A stretch of 64,000 nt of DNA, from positions 99,948-163,947 of the IMG/VR virus record IMGVR_UViG_3300032236_001232, one strand, 5' to 3'. Every line of letters starts with the position of its first letter. The stretch's first letter is position 1. Origin of the DNA: a virus. Position numbers and translations under genes: made by a program. This document shows, one piece after another, positions 18,642 through 34,000 of this stretch. The notes under the pieces are model-generated. The model saw only the letters and a list, made by a program, of their open reading frames with translations, had not been told where the DNA came from and ran no database searches.

Positions 18642-21600
18642 ATGATCCCATCGACTAATAATAAACTGCTTGTAAGCGAAGATTGGAAAAAAATATATCA
18701 ATCTTTTAGAAATGCTGACTTTAAAAGTTATGATTTCGAAACACTAAGAAGAACGATGATTGCGTATCTTCAGGAAAATTATCCCGAAGACTTTAATGAT
18801 TACATTGAAAGCAGTGAATATATTGCGTTAGTGGATCTTATTGCTTATCTTGGGCAGAATTTAAGTTTTCGTATTGATCTCAATGCTCGTGAAAATTTCT
18901 TAGAAACTGCTCAACGCAGAGATAGCATTTTACGGTTGGCGCAGTTGGTTAGTTATGTTCCTTCTCGCAATACCCCTGCATCAGGATTTCTCAAACTAAA
19001 CTCAGTTGCTACAACTGATAATGTATTTGATGGTGCTGGCAATAATTTGGCCAATACCACAGTTTTATGGAATGATTCAACCAATTCAAATTGGTATCAG
19101 CAGTTCATAGGCATTATAAATTCTGCCATCCCTGGCACATTTGTTTTTGGAAAGCCTTACGATAGGGCTACAATTGATGGGGTATTAACAGAGCAATATA
19201 GAATCGCCAGCACCAATAGCGATGTCCCTCTATACAGTTTTACCAAAAATGTAAATGGAACGTCGATGAATTTTGAAATTGTTCCGGCAAGTTTTTCTGG
19301 AGCAACTTCAATTTATGAAGAATCACCTAAGCCTGCTAATACATTCAGTTTTTTATATCGTAACGACAATAAAGGATTTAACAGCGCCAATAATGGATTC
19401 TTTGTTTATTTTCGACAGGGTAGTTTGAATAGATCTACCTTCAGTTTAGATCGTCCTGTGGCTAACGAAATTATTGGAATTAATTCTACCAATATCAATA
19501 ACACCGATGTATGGTTATGGCAACTAGACGGAAACGGTAGTTATTCTACGCTATGGAAAAAGGTTCCCGATGTAGTTGGAAACAACATCATTTATAACAG
19601 CACTGCTAAAGATGAAAGAAATATTTACAGCGTTACTTCAAGAGATCAAGATCAAATTGATTTAAATTTTGCCGACGGTAGTTTTGGTAATTTACCTAAA
19701 GGCCAGTTTGTAGTTTATTATCGTCAAAGTAACGGCCTTACCTATGTTATCAAGCCAGAACAAATGGGCGGTATTGTTATAGAAATACCTTATACCAACA
19801 AGCAAGGTCAAAGTCATACCTTAACAATGAATATGGGCCTTCGGTATACAGTTACTAATAGTGCCGGTGCCGAAAGTAATACCAGTATTCAGAGCAAAGC
19901 ACCTCAAGCATTCTATACACAAAACAGAATGGTCACAGCAGAGGATTATAATATTGCTCCTCTAACATTGGGCAGTGATATATTAAAAGTTAAAAGTGTT
20001 AATAGAATCAGCAGCGGGTTGAGCAAATATTTTGACCTCAGTGACGTCAGTGGGAAATACAGCAAAACAAATATCTTTGCTGCCGACGGTATGATTTATA
20101 AAAACAATCACGAACAAATTTTTGAATTCAATGTTACCAATAGAAATGAAATACTATCGATTTTAAAACAAAAATTAGAACCTATTGTAGCATCTCCTGC
20201 TTTGCGTTCATTTTATTTTGATCAATACGAACGACCTGAATTATTAAGTTATAATCTATCTTGGCAAGTGCCTGTTATTGGGCAACCTCGAGGATATTTT
20301 CTAGGACAATCTGCAGAGTTGTCGGGCCCGTTAAATGTAGGATCGGTTACTTCAAACAACTTATCGTATATAACTACTGGAGCATTGGTAAAGTTTGCAG
20401 CGCCGGCTGGCAAGTATTTTTCTTCTTCGGGTAAGTTAGTTTCTAATTACGGAAGCAACACATCGAATTATATATGGGCTAAGATTTCACAGGTAATTGG
20501 AAACGGTTCTAATGACGGGCAAGGAGCATTAGATGACGGAACAGGGCCTATTGTTCTAAGTAATTACGTTGATAACAATGCTATTCCAGTTGAGATTATA
20601 CCTAATTTTATCAATGTGCTTACCACTGCTTTTGAAAATGAATTGGTAAGTCTGTGTATCAACAAAAGAAATTTTGGATTAAGTTTTGATAAATTAACCA
20701 GGTCTTGGAATATTATTGTAGACACTAATTTAGATTTAATCAATCCATTTAGTCTAATATATCAAGGCAATATAGAAAATGCTAACAAAGATGCCAGTTG
20801 GATGATAGCATTTACATGGACAGGAAGTAATTACAAAGTTAGATATAGAATAACAGATTATATTTTTGAAAGCAATAAAGAAACTGCTTTCTTCATAGAT
20901 AATGATTCTATAAATTATGATTTTGTCAATAATAAAGTTGTAAAAGATCAAATTAATGTATTATCAGTTAACACTGTTAATGCCGGAACATCCTCTTTAG
21001 ATAAAGATTATCAATGGCAGATTGATGGATCTGTTATTGAAACAGATGGATATGTAGAACCTAAAAAAGTTCGAGTAAGTTTCTATGATTATAATAGTTC
21101 TGGGCAGATAACCGACCCTGATTCATTCAGTAATATTGTAGATCCTAACGCAGTTAATTCCGGTAATAATCTGCACAATTTTGTTTACTTTAAAATTTCT
21201 TCAGATGGATTGCGGTATCAATTACAAGACAGTGAAATGTTTACACCATTTCCGACCCCGGAGAGTGTAACAACAACTCCTGCAGATGGTGACCTTTATT
21301 ATTTTTATGATCAAGCATACAATGTCGTAAAAAGTTACTCTGTCGCACTAGAAGGCACACTGGATCCGTGGGTGTATGAGCCAGATTATTTTGCCTATCC
21401 TGGAAGATCTAATTTAAAATTTCATTATATCCATAACAGTGCAGAGGACAGAAGAATTGATCCTAGTAAGAGCAATATTATGGATGTTTACTTATTGACA
21501 TCGTCGTATGATACTGCTTATAGGTCCTGGTTAATAACTGGTTCTGGAGCAGAACCAATGGCACCGACTAGTCAAAGTCTAGAACAAAATTATGGTGGGA

Positions 21601-22046
21601 AATTAGATTCAATTAAAACCATAAGCGATGAAATTGTTTTTCAGCCGGTGCGATATAAAGTTTTATTTGGAGATTTGGCAGATATCAATCTTCAGGCCAA
21701 GTTTAAAGCAGTAAAAAATCCAGCAATACCGGTTAGTGATAATGAATTGAAAAGCCGTATTTTAATTGCCATTCAGAATTTCTTCAGTTTAGAAAATTGG
21801 GATTTTGGTCAGAGCTTTTATTTCAGCGAGTTGTCTACATATATAATGAATGTTATGACTCCGGATATTACAAACTTTGTAATAGTTCCCAAGTCTAATA
21901 ATAATTTTGGAAGTCTTTATGAAGTTGCCTGTATGACAAATGAATTGTTTATCAACGGTGCCACAGCAAATGATATAGAGATAATTTCAGCAATCACAGC
22001 AAGTCAGCTAAAAACCAGTTCAATTGTGACCAGTAGTGGAAATTAA
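18642..22046 (+). CDS. gp6: Baseplate wedge protein (gp6-like)
   Basis: DFETLR..M..YL, FNDYIESSE, ENFLETAQRRDS, TQNRMVTAEDY; follows gp25; AATAAATA upstream. Confidence 0.85.
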   Translation: MIPSTNNKLLVSEDWKKIYQSFRNADFKSYDFETLRRTMIAYLQENYPEDFNDYIESSEYIALVDLIAYLGQNLSFRIDLNARENFLETAQRRDSILRLAQLVSYVPSRNTPASGFLKLNSVATTDNVFDGAGNNLANTTVLWNDSTNSNWYQQFIGIINSAIPGTFVFGKPYDRATIDGVLTEQYRIASTNSDVPLYSFTKNVNGTSMNFEIVPASFSGATSIYEESPKPANTFSFLYRNDNKGFNSANNGFFVYFRQGSLNRSTFSLDRPVANEIIGINSTNINNTDVWLWQLDGNGSYSTLWKKVPDVVGNNIIYNSTAKDERNIYSVTSRDQDQIDLNFADGSFGNLPKGQFVVYYRQSNGLTYVIKPEQMGGIVIEIPYTNKQGQSHTLTMNMGLRYTVTNSAGAESNTSIQSKAPQAFYTQNRMVTAEDYNIAPLTLGSDILKVKSVNRISSGLSKYFDLSDVSGKYSKTNIFAADGMIYKNNHEQIFEFNVTNRNEILSILKQKLEPIVASPALRSFYFDQYERPELLSYNLSWQVPVIGQPRGYFLGQSAELSGPLNVGSVTSNNLSYITTGALVKFAAPAGKYFSSSGKLVSNYGSNTSNYIWAKISQVIGNGSNDGQGALDDGTGPIVLSNYVDNNAIPVEIIPNFINVLTTAFENELVSLCINKRNFGLSFDKLTRSWNIIVDTNLDLINPFSLIYQGNIENANKDASWMIAFTWTGSNYKVRYRITDYIFESNKETAFFIDNDSINYDFVNNKVVKDQINVLSVNTVNAGTSSLDKDYQWQIDGSVIETDGYVEPKKVRVSFYDYNSSGQITDPDSFSNIVDPNAVNSGNNLHNFVYFKISSDGLRYQLQDSEMFTPFPTPESVTTTPADGDLYYFYDQAYNVVKSYSVALEGTLDPWVYEPDYFAYPGRSNLKFHYIHNSAEDRRIDPSKSNIMDVYLLTSSYDTAYRSWLITGSGAEPMAPTSQSLEQNYGGKLDSIKTISDEIVFQPVRYKVLFGDLADINLQAKFKAVKNPAIPVSDNELKSRILIAIQNFFSLENWDFGQSFYFSELSTYIMNVMTPDITNFVIVPKSNNNFGSLYEVACMTNELFINGATANDIEIISAITASQLKTSSIVTSSGN

Positions 22047-22048
22047 TA

Positions 22049-25000
22049 ATGGCATCTAAAGATATTAAATCGGTCAATTTACTACCTGAATTTCTAAGGA
22101 CAGATAAGAATTCTAAATTCTTATCCAGCACCATTGATCAGTTGATCAATCCGGCGCAATTAGAAAGAATAGATGGGTATATAGGTTCTGCTATTACACC
22201 TAATTATGTTTCCACTAGCGATATCTATGTTTCAGAAACATCGCAGCTACGTAGAGACTACCAGCTCGAACCTGCTTGTATTGTAAAAGACAGTCTTGGA
22301 ACCATAAACGATGTAATAGGTATCGATGATCTAACTAACGAGATCAGTCTTTATGGCGGCCATGTTGATAATTTTGATAGATTATATAGAAGTAATTTTT
22401 ACTCCTATGATCCTCATATTGATTGGGACAAATTTGTAAATTATCAAAATTATTATTGGTTAGTAACCGGACCTGATAATTTTATCATTACTGGTAATAA
22501 TCTCAACATAACAACGGATATACTTGGGCAACCAGCATATACCTATAACGGAACTGCTCTGCTAAATGGTATGAAGGTTAGGTTCGAAGGAACAGTTTCT
22601 CCTGAGTCATATCTAGGGAAGGATTTTTTTGTCGAAGGTGTAGGAACTGGAATAAAATTAATACCTTATGATAATTTAAGTTCTTCGGAAGCTATTACTA
22701 CGCTGTATATTGAACACTTTGATGCCGATCCATTCGATGATTATCCTTTTGATGGATATAAAAATCTACCAGAAACACCTGAATATATTACAATTAATAG
22801 AGCCAGTAGAGATTTAAATTCCTGGTCAAGATATAATCGGTGGGTTCATAAAGATGTTATCCGGGTTAGTGCTGAGTCAACAAATCAACAACCGGTATAT
22901 CCAGCTAACAAAAGAGCAAGACGTCCTATTATTGAATTTAAGGCAGATTTAAAACTATATAATCACGGAAATGTAGGTATTCCTGATGTTGATTTAATAG
23001 ATACTGTAACTACTGATGCGTTTAGTATTGTTGAAGGCTCGGCTGGTTATTATGTTGATGGTATTCTGTTAGAACAAGGTCATACAGTTATTTTCACTGC
23101 CGATACAGATAGTCTAGTTCGCAGTAAAATTTATCAAGTTAATTATGTAATTATTCAAGATAGAACAAGATTAGTTCTACAAGAAATAGCCGCACCTATT
23201 GCTGGATCTATAACCAGTGCTGTATTAGGTGATAAAAATTCTGGAACAAGCTGGTGGTTTGATGGTGATTATTGGGTCTATGCTCAACAACATACTACAG
23301 TAAATCAAGCACCCTTATTTGAGTTGTTTGATAATAAAGGACATAGTTATAGTGACATTAATTATTACAAGAGCAATTTTGCCGGTAATAAAATCTTTGG
23401 ATACGAAATAGGAACTATATACGATCCTATTTTACAATTTAAAATAAAATATAGAAACAGCGTTGGAACAGGCAGCTATCTGTTTAAGAACTATTTCATG
23501 ACAGATACCATTTCCATATCAGTTGATAGCCAAACTACTGACATAATTTCTACAGGTATCACCTATTGTAAGTTTTCCACAGCCAACGGGGACACTTATG
23601 CCAATGTTTGGTCTTTAGCAGATCCTTATCCTATTCCTACACTGGTATCTCCTGTTACTGGTGATACTTATTACGAACCACCGTTAGGGTTAACCAATAA
23701 TCCGCTAAACGGCGCAATTTCCAGTTTAACTCTAAGCGAAATAGCAGATCATGTAAACAATTCTTACCGTAGATTAATTTCAAATGTAAATCCTTTAGCA
23801 TTTGCTCAATTGTTTATTGGTAAAAAAGAACACAGTTTAATTGATGCTATTGATTTAGCTGCCGAACAATATAATCAATACAAGTTAGCATTCTTAAAGA
23901 AAATAGCTCAAATTGATAATCAAACAGATCCTGTGGCCGCTGTTGATCAAGCTCTTAATGAATTAAATTCTGATAAAGACACATTAAGTCCTTACTATTG
24001 GTCTGATATGGCTCCATATGGAACAGACAAGATAACGAGAAAATGGACAGTTACCAATAGCAGAAATAAAATTTATTCAATCACGTCCGACTATGATCCA
24101 GCAGTGCTTTCTATGCGGGCAGTATTGGTCTATCTCAATAGAGTCCAACTACTACGCGATATTGATTATACATTTGAAATCAATGATTCCAGTGTTAAAA
24201 TATTAGTAGATCTTACAGTCGGGGATACCATTGTTATTGACGATTATACCAATACCGTGGGTAATTTTGTTCCATCAACTCCTACCAAGTTAGGTCTATA
24301 TCCAAAATATACTCCTAAGATTTTTAATGATAACACTTACGTAGATCAGGAAACTGTAGTCATTCAAGGTCATGATGGTAGTATAATGATTGCCTATAAT
24401 GACTATAGAGATGCTATAATTTTAGAATTTGAAAAACGAATCTTCAATAATATCAAGGCAGAATATCGCAGTGAGTTACTGGACTCTAACACCGTTATTC
24501 CGGGAGCATTTAGAAATACACAATTTACCGTTGACGAAATTAAAGCGATTATCAATGGAGAATTTAATAATTGGGCAGGAATAAATGGTATTGAAATTAC
24601 CAATAATTCCGCATTTGATACGGGTAATCCATTTACCTGGAATTATACAAATACCTATAATTCCAATATAGATGAAAATCTAATAGGTAGCTGGAGAGCA
24701 ATTTACAAATATTTTTATGATACCGATCGTCCGCACACTGCTCCTTGGGAGATGTTGGGTATTGCTATTAAACCTGATTGGTGGGACGATCTCTATGGTG
24801 TTGCTCCGTATACTAGCGGTAATACAGTGCTTTGGGAGGATATAGCAGCAGGTAGAATCAACGGAACTGTTAATACTTTATATGTTCGAGATGGTCTACT
24901 AGATCTATTACCAGTTGACGAGTACGGAGACCTAGTAGATCCTACCGAATTAATTGTTCAAGACAACAGCATAACGCCTACTAAAATTAACAGTCTGTGG

Positions 25001-28000
25001 GCGTTTAATGAACAAGGACCTGCTGAAACCGCATGGCGTCGTAGCAGTTATTGGCCATTTGTCTTACAAAAATTAATGGCATTGACCAAGCCTGCTGATT
25101 ATGCTGCATTATTATATGATCCTATAAGATTAACAAAAAATATTTCTGATCAATGGTCCTACGGTGATGATCACAAATTTTTAAGTCCCGGAATAGTTAA
25201 AATACACGGCAATAACGGTGATATAACAACTGGTTATTCGGTATTTGTTAGTGAGGCAGGTCGTCAAAGAACTGGCAACTATATTAATGAATTAAGCAGC
25301 GATCTTTCTTATGTTGATTTTAATTTATTCTATAAGGTCGGCGGATTCATTAGCAAAAATAAGATGCAGGTCATTATAGATGCAATTGACCCTACCAGTT
25401 CTAGTTCAGGGGCAATTCTTCCACCTGAAGATTATTCCCTTATATTAAACACCAGTAACCCAGTTAAGGTAACAGCGATATCTGGTATCATTGTTCAAAA
25501 ATCCAATGGAAAGTTTATAGTCAGAGGGTATGATAATTTCAGGCCTTACTTTAACACTTATTCACCTGTTCGCAATGCCACCACTCCGACTATTACAGTA
25601 GGCGGAGTTTCACAACCTTTTGTCATCTGGAAGTCCAGTTCCTCTGGGGGTGAAACTGGATTAACTGATGCTGAAATTACTACAGCACAATCGGCAACAT
25701 ACGGAGTGTTCTATCAAAAAGGACAAATAGTTTCTTATAGTGATAGATTCTATCGAGTAAAGATTGATCATAAGAGCGGTGATACGTTCAATGCCAACTA
25801 TTTTCAATTGTTGCCTTCATTGCCGATAGACGGCGGTGTTAGTGTTCAAACAGCCATTAGATATGATAAAAAATTAGTTCAGATTCCATACGGAACAAAA
25901 TTTGATAAAATTCAGGATGTTTATGATCTTATTATTGGTTATGGCACTTGGTTAGAAGATCAAGGATTTATTTTTGATCAATTCAATAATGATTTACAAA
26001 CGATATTAGATTGGAAATTTTCCGGCAAAGAATTTTTATTCTGGACTACACAAAATTGGGCAGACAACAGTGTAATTACACTAAGTCCATTTGCTGATCA
26101 AATTAAATTCTATTCTACTGACAGTGTAGTTGATAATATTTTCAATAATTTCTATCGTCGGACAATATTGCAAGTTAACGGAAAAGCCTTTAGGAATAGT
26201 AATCTCAGCGTTAATAGAGATAATGGCACTTGCACCATTCGCACCAGCAATACTCCACAGGGAATATACTTTGCTGTTCTCAACAACGTTCAGAAAGAGC
26301 ATGCCATGGTGTTTAAAAACACCACAATGTTCAATGATACTATCTATGATATAGAAACTGGTTACCGTCAACGCCGAATGAAGTTGGTTGGTTTTAGAAC
26401 TGCTGGTTGGAATGGGGATTATTTTAGTCCAGGATTTATCTATGATGCCGCTGTAGTTGAAGATTGGAAAACCTATACCGATTACAGATATGCTGATGTT
26501 GTTAGATTCAATGGCAATTATTATTCAGCCAATAAAAATATTGCCGGGACTACTGCGTTTGATTTCAACAAATGGACAGTTTTAAGATCTAAGCCATCTG
26601 CAGATCTTATTCCCAACTTTGATTATAAGATTAGCCAGTTTGAAGATTTTTATAGTTTGGACATAGATAATTTTGATCTTGCCCAGCAAAAGATGGCTCA
26701 GCATCTCACTGGATATACTCCCAGGGTTTATCTAAATAATATCTTCACTAATCCAATTAGTCAATATAAATTTTATCAAGGATATATCAAAGAAAAAGGA
26801 ACTCGTAATGCTATCACTAAATTAGCCAAAGCCAGTATTCATAATCTTCAAGGAGATATAGAATACAATGAAGAATGGGCATTTAGAATAGGGCATTATG
26901 GATCATACGAAACTTTTAAAGAACTAGAAGTATCCTTGGTAGAGGGAACCTTTATAGAAAATCCCCAGATTGTTAAGTTAATTGACTCTGTGCCATCAGT
27001 TCCTAATGATTTAATTTACTACAGCACAGCGACCAGTTGGTCAATTGTTCCTACAGAATATGTCGCTAGCACAACATTTGTTACCACATCCAGCACTGAT
27101 ATTTTTCAGTTGCCTATTGCCGGTTATGTGAATTTTGATGACATTGAGTATACAGCATATAGCGAAACAGATGTGCTGGCTATTGCACAATCTGATAAGA
27201 CAATCAAGCGTGGAGATACGGTTTGGGTAGCTGCTAAAAAGAATAACGACTGGGGTGTATTTAGATATTCGTTGTCCAAGTCTAGAATAATTGGAGCCAA
27301 AGTCGAATTTGGCACTACTGGAGAGCTTACTCTAATAACAGATAAAACACATTATTTGTCAACGGGAGACATCATTGCTATCTACGAATGTGATAGTAGG
27401 ATTGATGGAATTTATACAGTAAAATCAGTTAATAAATTTACTGAGTTCACTATTGATTATGCTGCGGCTAACTCTATTACGTCTTTAGCTTCGACGGGAT
27501 TACTTTTTAAATTTGTTAATTCTCGTTATAGTTTCTACGATCAATTACCATCTGATAATACATTATTACAGTTTCCAATCAATACCAAAGTTTGGGTAGA
27601 CGATGATGGAACTGGAAATTGGGTTGTATATCAAAAAGTAAAAAATTACAATAGATATTCAGTGTCGGGAGCAACTACAGCTTCGAGAGAAGAATTAGGA
27701 TGGAGTTTAACCAAGGCTAAAAATTCTAATATTTTCATGGCAGGAGCACCGGGATATAAGACTGCCAACAACACAGGAACAGTGTTTGTTTATGCGGAAA
27801 AGCCCAACGGGGTTGAGATTAAACTTAGATATGGACTAAACGAAAGCACAGCCATTTATTATTCTCCTGGTTGCGATGCAGAATTTGGTTATTCTCTTGC
27901 CTATGATGACAGAGACTTTATAGGATCTGCTGGGTCTACTGGGTATGGATTATTTTTTGCCGGAGCCCCTGGTGCTAGCGGAACTAGATCCAATGATGTT

Positions 28001-31000
28001 ACAGCAGTTAGATACGCATATTCTACAGGAACAACCAGTGCCTATGTTCAAGAAGGTGCTGTAAAAATAAGTTCAGTTGATCCTATAACAGCCCAGGAAG
28101 ATACTCAACATGTTTTACTAAGCCCTAACCCATCTAGCTACGAAAGGTTTGGACACAGTCTTTATATTCAACAAATAACTACAGACGACAGTAAGATTTT
28201 GTTAGTAGGCGCCCCTGAGATTTATAATCAAGGGACTGGTAATGTTTATGCTTATCGGGTAACCGCTAACACAGTTACAACTGGAACAGTTAATTTAAGT
28301 TATATCAAATCACTTAATACCGCAAGTGTAGTGTTAAGTAGTGGCGATCAATGGGGTTATTCAATCGGTGGATCTGATGCAGCAGATATCGTAGCAATTG
28401 GGGCACCTGGGCATTCTGTAGCAGGAATAGTTTCGATCTTTACTGGAACAGGACTAACTTATTCTCAGACCATTAATTCTCCATTTGGTAATCACGGTAA
28501 ATTTGGATCAGTGGTTAAAGTTTCCCCCGATGGATCTTATCTATTTGTTTCGGCTATTGATGCAAGAGGTCAAGATCAATCTTATGGAAAAGTTGCAGTA
28601 TACACATCAACTAACGGTTTATTTGTATTAGACAGTATATTAGATAATCCCTTACCTACAGTAGGAATGAAATTTGGTCAGGCCATTGATATTAATGATT
28701 CTAATACTGAGTTGGTTATTTCTGCTATAGGTAAAAATAAATCAATCGTTACTACTTTTGATACCTATAAGGATTTATTAGCAACTCAACCTGATCCTAC
28801 TACTCCTTATGCTAACAATCCTGATAGCATAGTCCTTGACAGTAACACAATATTTGATGCTGACTCTACCACATTTTATGATTCATCTACAGATTCCGGA
28901 GCAGCATACATCTATAATAGAAAAACAAATAAATTTAGATTAACCTATGAATTGGCACCAGTAAATGCCAGTTCCGGCACTAATTTTGGTTATAGTGTTG
29001 CGGTAAATGCCAACAGCATTTATGTTGGTGCACCGGCTTATAGCAGTGATGTTCCTGGAGCCTTTCATCAATTTTATAAGATTAATACAGAATCAGATAG
29101 TCTCCGCGAAATTAGAAAGCAAACTGAATTGGTAGATTTAAGCACCCTTCAAAAAGTTTCTTTAATTGACACATTTAATGAAGAAGTTGTAGAGTATCTA
29201 GATACCATTGATCCTGTAAAGGGTAGAATTGCCGGGCAAGCAGATCAGGACATAAGATACAAATCATTAACAGATCCAGCAATATATTCTGTAGGCAGCA
29301 GTTCTACAGTAACCGATCCTAACACCAATTGGTTAGATAGTCACGTCGGTGAACTATGGTGGGATCTTAGCACAGTAAAATATGTGTGGTATGAGCAGGG
29401 CGATGCAGCATATAGAAAAAATAATTGGGGGCGTGTATTCCCTGGATCCAGCATTGATATTTACGAATGGGTAGGAACTCCATACCTGCCTAGCGAGTGG
29501 AGTCAAATTGCAGATACAGTAGCAGGCTTATCTCAGGGAATTAGCGGTCAGCCAAAATATGCAAACGATTCTGTATATTCTATCAAGCAGGTTTATAATT
29601 CTGCTACCAGCTCGTTTGAGAATAGATATTATTTCTGGGTAAAAAATAAAGTAACATTGCCCGATGTTAAAAACAGAAGAATTAGTGCTGATCAAATAAC
29701 CAGTATTATTTCTAATCCAACATTATACGGATTAAAATACGCTGCCATAATTGGACAAGATTCGTTCGCATTATCCAATGTGGGCGATATGTTAATAGAT
29801 GACAGAATACATATTAATCTCACATACGACATTATCAATAATCCTATTCCTCTTCATACAGAATGGTTATTATTACAAGAAGGATTAGCTACAAGTCGTC
29901 CAAATACTTTATTAGAGAAAAAATTACTTGACAGTTTATTAGGGCACGATAGTCTTGGTAATCCAGTTCCGGATCCTGCATTATCACCAAGAGCTCGCTA
30001 TGGAATCAGTATCAGACCTCGTCAGACACTGTTTAAAAATCGTTCAGAAGCTATTAGAAATATTGTAGAGTTTTCTAATAGTGTATTGATTGAAAATAGA
30101 ATAACTGGTAATTACAGTTTTGCTAATCTGAATAAACAAGAAGCCGTGCCCGGTGTCAACAGTGGAAGATATGATGAAATCGTTGAAGACAACGAAGGAC
30201 TGTTGGTCATTGACAATAGAAGTTTTGTAAGAGCAGAGTTGTCTTGTAATATCGAAAATGGTAAAATAGTCAGCATTAATATTGACAATGCAGGACACGG
30301 TTATAAGATCAGTCCTCTAGTTAAATTACCAAATAATACAGATTCTTCTGCAGAGATCAAAACAGTTATTGATTCAAATGGCAGTGTAGTTGATACAGTC
30401 ATCGTAGATGCTGGTGCTAAATTTAGCACAGCACCGACACTGGAAGTTAGATCTTATACAGCAATCGTATTAGCCGACAATGAAAACAATGGTAAGTGGA
30501 GTGAGTTTGTCTACGATGTTCCTAATAAATCCTGGGTGCGCTTACATACACAGAAATACAATACCACATTGTATTGGACATATCACGATTGGGTCAGTGC
30601 TGATTACAACCCGTTTGTAGATTATGCTTACACTGTTGATGAAATATATCAATTAGAATCATTAGAAGATCTAAAGGCCGGCGATTATGTTAAAGTTAAG
30701 AATGGCGGATTGGGATATTATATTATAGTAGAAAGAGTGCTCGATGGCATGATGGGTGATTTCAGTGAGAATTTTAATATTGTTTACAGTGAAAATGGAA
30801 CAATTCAAATATTAGATACCGTTTGGAATTTTGCCAATAGTAATCTTAATTTTGATCAAACCAATAGTTATGATCAAACACTGTATGATCAAACACCTGA
30901 TATTGAATTAAATTATATTCTCTTAGCGTTAAGAGATGATCTATTTGTTAACGATTTAAAAGTTAATTGGAATCTATTATTCTTTAAATCAGTAAAATAT

Positions 31001-34000
31001 GCACTAAGTGAGCAGAAATTATTAGACTGGGCGTTTAAGACTTCGTTCATCAATGTGGTTAACAATGCTGGAACGCTAGACCAACGAACAGTATATAAGT
31101 TACAAAATGCCGAATACTTTGAAGATTATATTAAAGAAGTCAAGCCTTACCACACTAATATCAGAAGTTTTACCAGCAAATATAGTGTAGAAGAACCAAG
31201 CGCAACATTTACAACTGACTTTGATCTTCCTGCCTATTATGATCAAGCCGCTAACCAATTTACCAGTATAGAGATTCTTGCTAGTGAAAGTTCGTCGTTA
31301 TTTACTATAACCAACACTTTAACTAATGTGTATCCTTGGAAATCATGGACCGATAATTATCTAACCAGCGGGACTGTTCGCACGAATCTTATTGGGATGA
31401 AGTTTGACCGAATTAGTAGAGGGCCTGAAATTAGCAATGTTACAACTGTTGATAATTTTATCTGTAATGGTTCTGATAATGAATTTGTATTAACATGGGT
31501 GGCACAACCTAATAAATCTCTGATTACAATTACATTAGATGGTTCATTAGTTTTGGGGTCTGATTATACAGTGACTTACTATGACGAAGATTATGGTCAG
31601 TTTGCAGGCGAATACTACAAGAGTAGAAATAAAATTGTATTCTTAAATTATACACCAAATGATGGACAAATCTTAACGGTGTCTTACTATAAGAAAACTG
31701 ATTCATTAAATTCTATAGATAGAATTTTAAATTATTATACAGCAACTTCTGGTATGCCTGGGTTAGATCTCGGGCAGTTGATGACAGGAATCGTATATCC
31801 TAAAACACGAGTCGAAGGATTAATGTTTGATTATTCCACAGATTGGGATGTGTATAGAGGATTTGATACAACATCATATGCTGACAGTGTTGGATTTTAT
31901 ACCAGCACAACTGCTAGTTCTGCTTCTTCATTAATTGGAGGAACATGGACATCGATTCAATTGTCTAGCACAACTGGAGTTGCCTTGGGACAGTATGTCA
32001 ACGTAGCCAGCACATTAACACAAATCTTCACAACTGCTACAGTTAGAGTGGTTGGTATAAACACAACTACTAATATTGTTAAGTTTAATACCACAACATA
32101 CACAACAATTCCATTAGGTTCTACTATAGAATTTTGGACACTAGATTCTGAAATGAGTATTCTTGACAGTGCTATTGAAGGTGGCACATGGAATACTTCT
32201 ACAAGAATAGGTGCCTTAGGAATTAACCCAGAAGATATTATTATTGATGGTGATGGTTTTATTACTCCTAATACTAGCTATGCACCAGAAGAACTAGTTC
32301 CTGGCGAAGTTAACGAAAGTTTAGGAATAAATGTTTACACTAAAAATCCACAAGGTGGGCCCGTTGTTCTTAGCTCTTATGTTAATATTTCAGCAGGGAC
32401 AACTACTACCAGTGTGTTAGGAATTGTCCCTCCAAGTTCTGATAATATCATAGTATCGTTTAATAATACTATTTTTACCTATATTACAGGCACTAATTTT
32501 ACCGCTAATACTTACACTATTAATTGGGCAACTAATGAGCTCGTTGTTCCACCGCAGTCTGTTAGTGGCAATTTAGGTTATACTATTGTCAGCATAGGTG
32601 GTGGAAGACACGATCAAGAAGCCGGAGTGATAGATTCCTCCAGCGTTTCTGTTATTGGAACATCCACAGTTCAGGCACAGAGTTTATCCTCTTATCAAAC
32701 TGTGAAAAGTGCTTATGTAACAGTTAACGGGCAGAAAATTGAGTCCACAGGAACCGGTGTTTATTATGAATTAACTTATGCTAATTCAGTTAACCGTAGA
32801 GCTGCTGTTAATGTTTATAGATTGCCTATTGATAAAACCAATACTGTAACTGCATGGTTCTTTGGAACATATAACAAATATTTTAATGAAGTTAAGGAAG
32901 AAACATTTGCTATTACTGGTAGCACCTATTACACATTGTCTTATCCTCCGGGTAATATAGAGCCGGTAGCAGAAGAAGCCATTGTGGAATTATACGATCC
33001 TGCCACTGGGTATCGTAACATTCTCAGACCTCCACATACTGATTATTATAAAGTTGTTAATCTTTACAGCACTACATTCCCAATTAACAATACAGGAACC
33101 TATACTCTAGGTAGCAAGTTAAGAGTATATGTTAATGGTATTGAACTAAAACCAGGATTTGAATACAGTGTAGTAGGTGGAACACAGGTTGCAATTAATT
33201 TTGGTATCTGTCAGGTCAATGACGTAGTAGCCATATTATCGAAGCCGGCAACACCTAACTATGATTATGATATTGTAGGTAATGTATTATCGTTAGAGCC
33301 GGGATTCTCCACCAGTAAACAGCTCAAAGTTATCACTTATACTAACCATGATAACATGTTTATTAGAACAGAGCAATTCACGGGTCTTGCTGGTCGTAGA
33401 TATCAAATCAGCCGTCCGGCACTGAATGACAATTATGTCTGGGTTATTGTCAACGGTGTTCCTTTAGTTAATAAACTAGATTATGAAATACTGGATGATT
33501 TTGTAACAGTTCAAATAAGTTCGAGATTTGAGCATACAGCAAGCGATAACATAACCATCATATCGATCAGCGACTCACCGTTGGCTACCACTGTGTTGGG
33601 TTATCGTGTATTCAATGACATCTTCAACAGAACACATTTTAAGAGACTAAGCAAACAGAATACTACATACTTGACACGGCCATTATCGTTTACTGATACT
33701 GAGATATATGTAGCAGATGCCAGTGTATTAACTCCACCTCTAGTGTCTAAAAATATGCCCGGTGTTGTAATTATTGACGGTGAAAGAATTGAATTCTTTA
33801 CAGTTACAGGTAATGTTCTGGGGCAGTTACGCAGAACAACATTAGGAACAGCACCTAGCTTTCACAGTGAAGAAAATACCAAAGTTATTGATCAAGGGCT
33901 TGATCAAACAGTTCCGTTCAAAGAAAATATCTACAAACAGGTATTATTAACTTCAACATTGACTAATACCTATTCAATTAGCCCAACTAATTATGTTGTC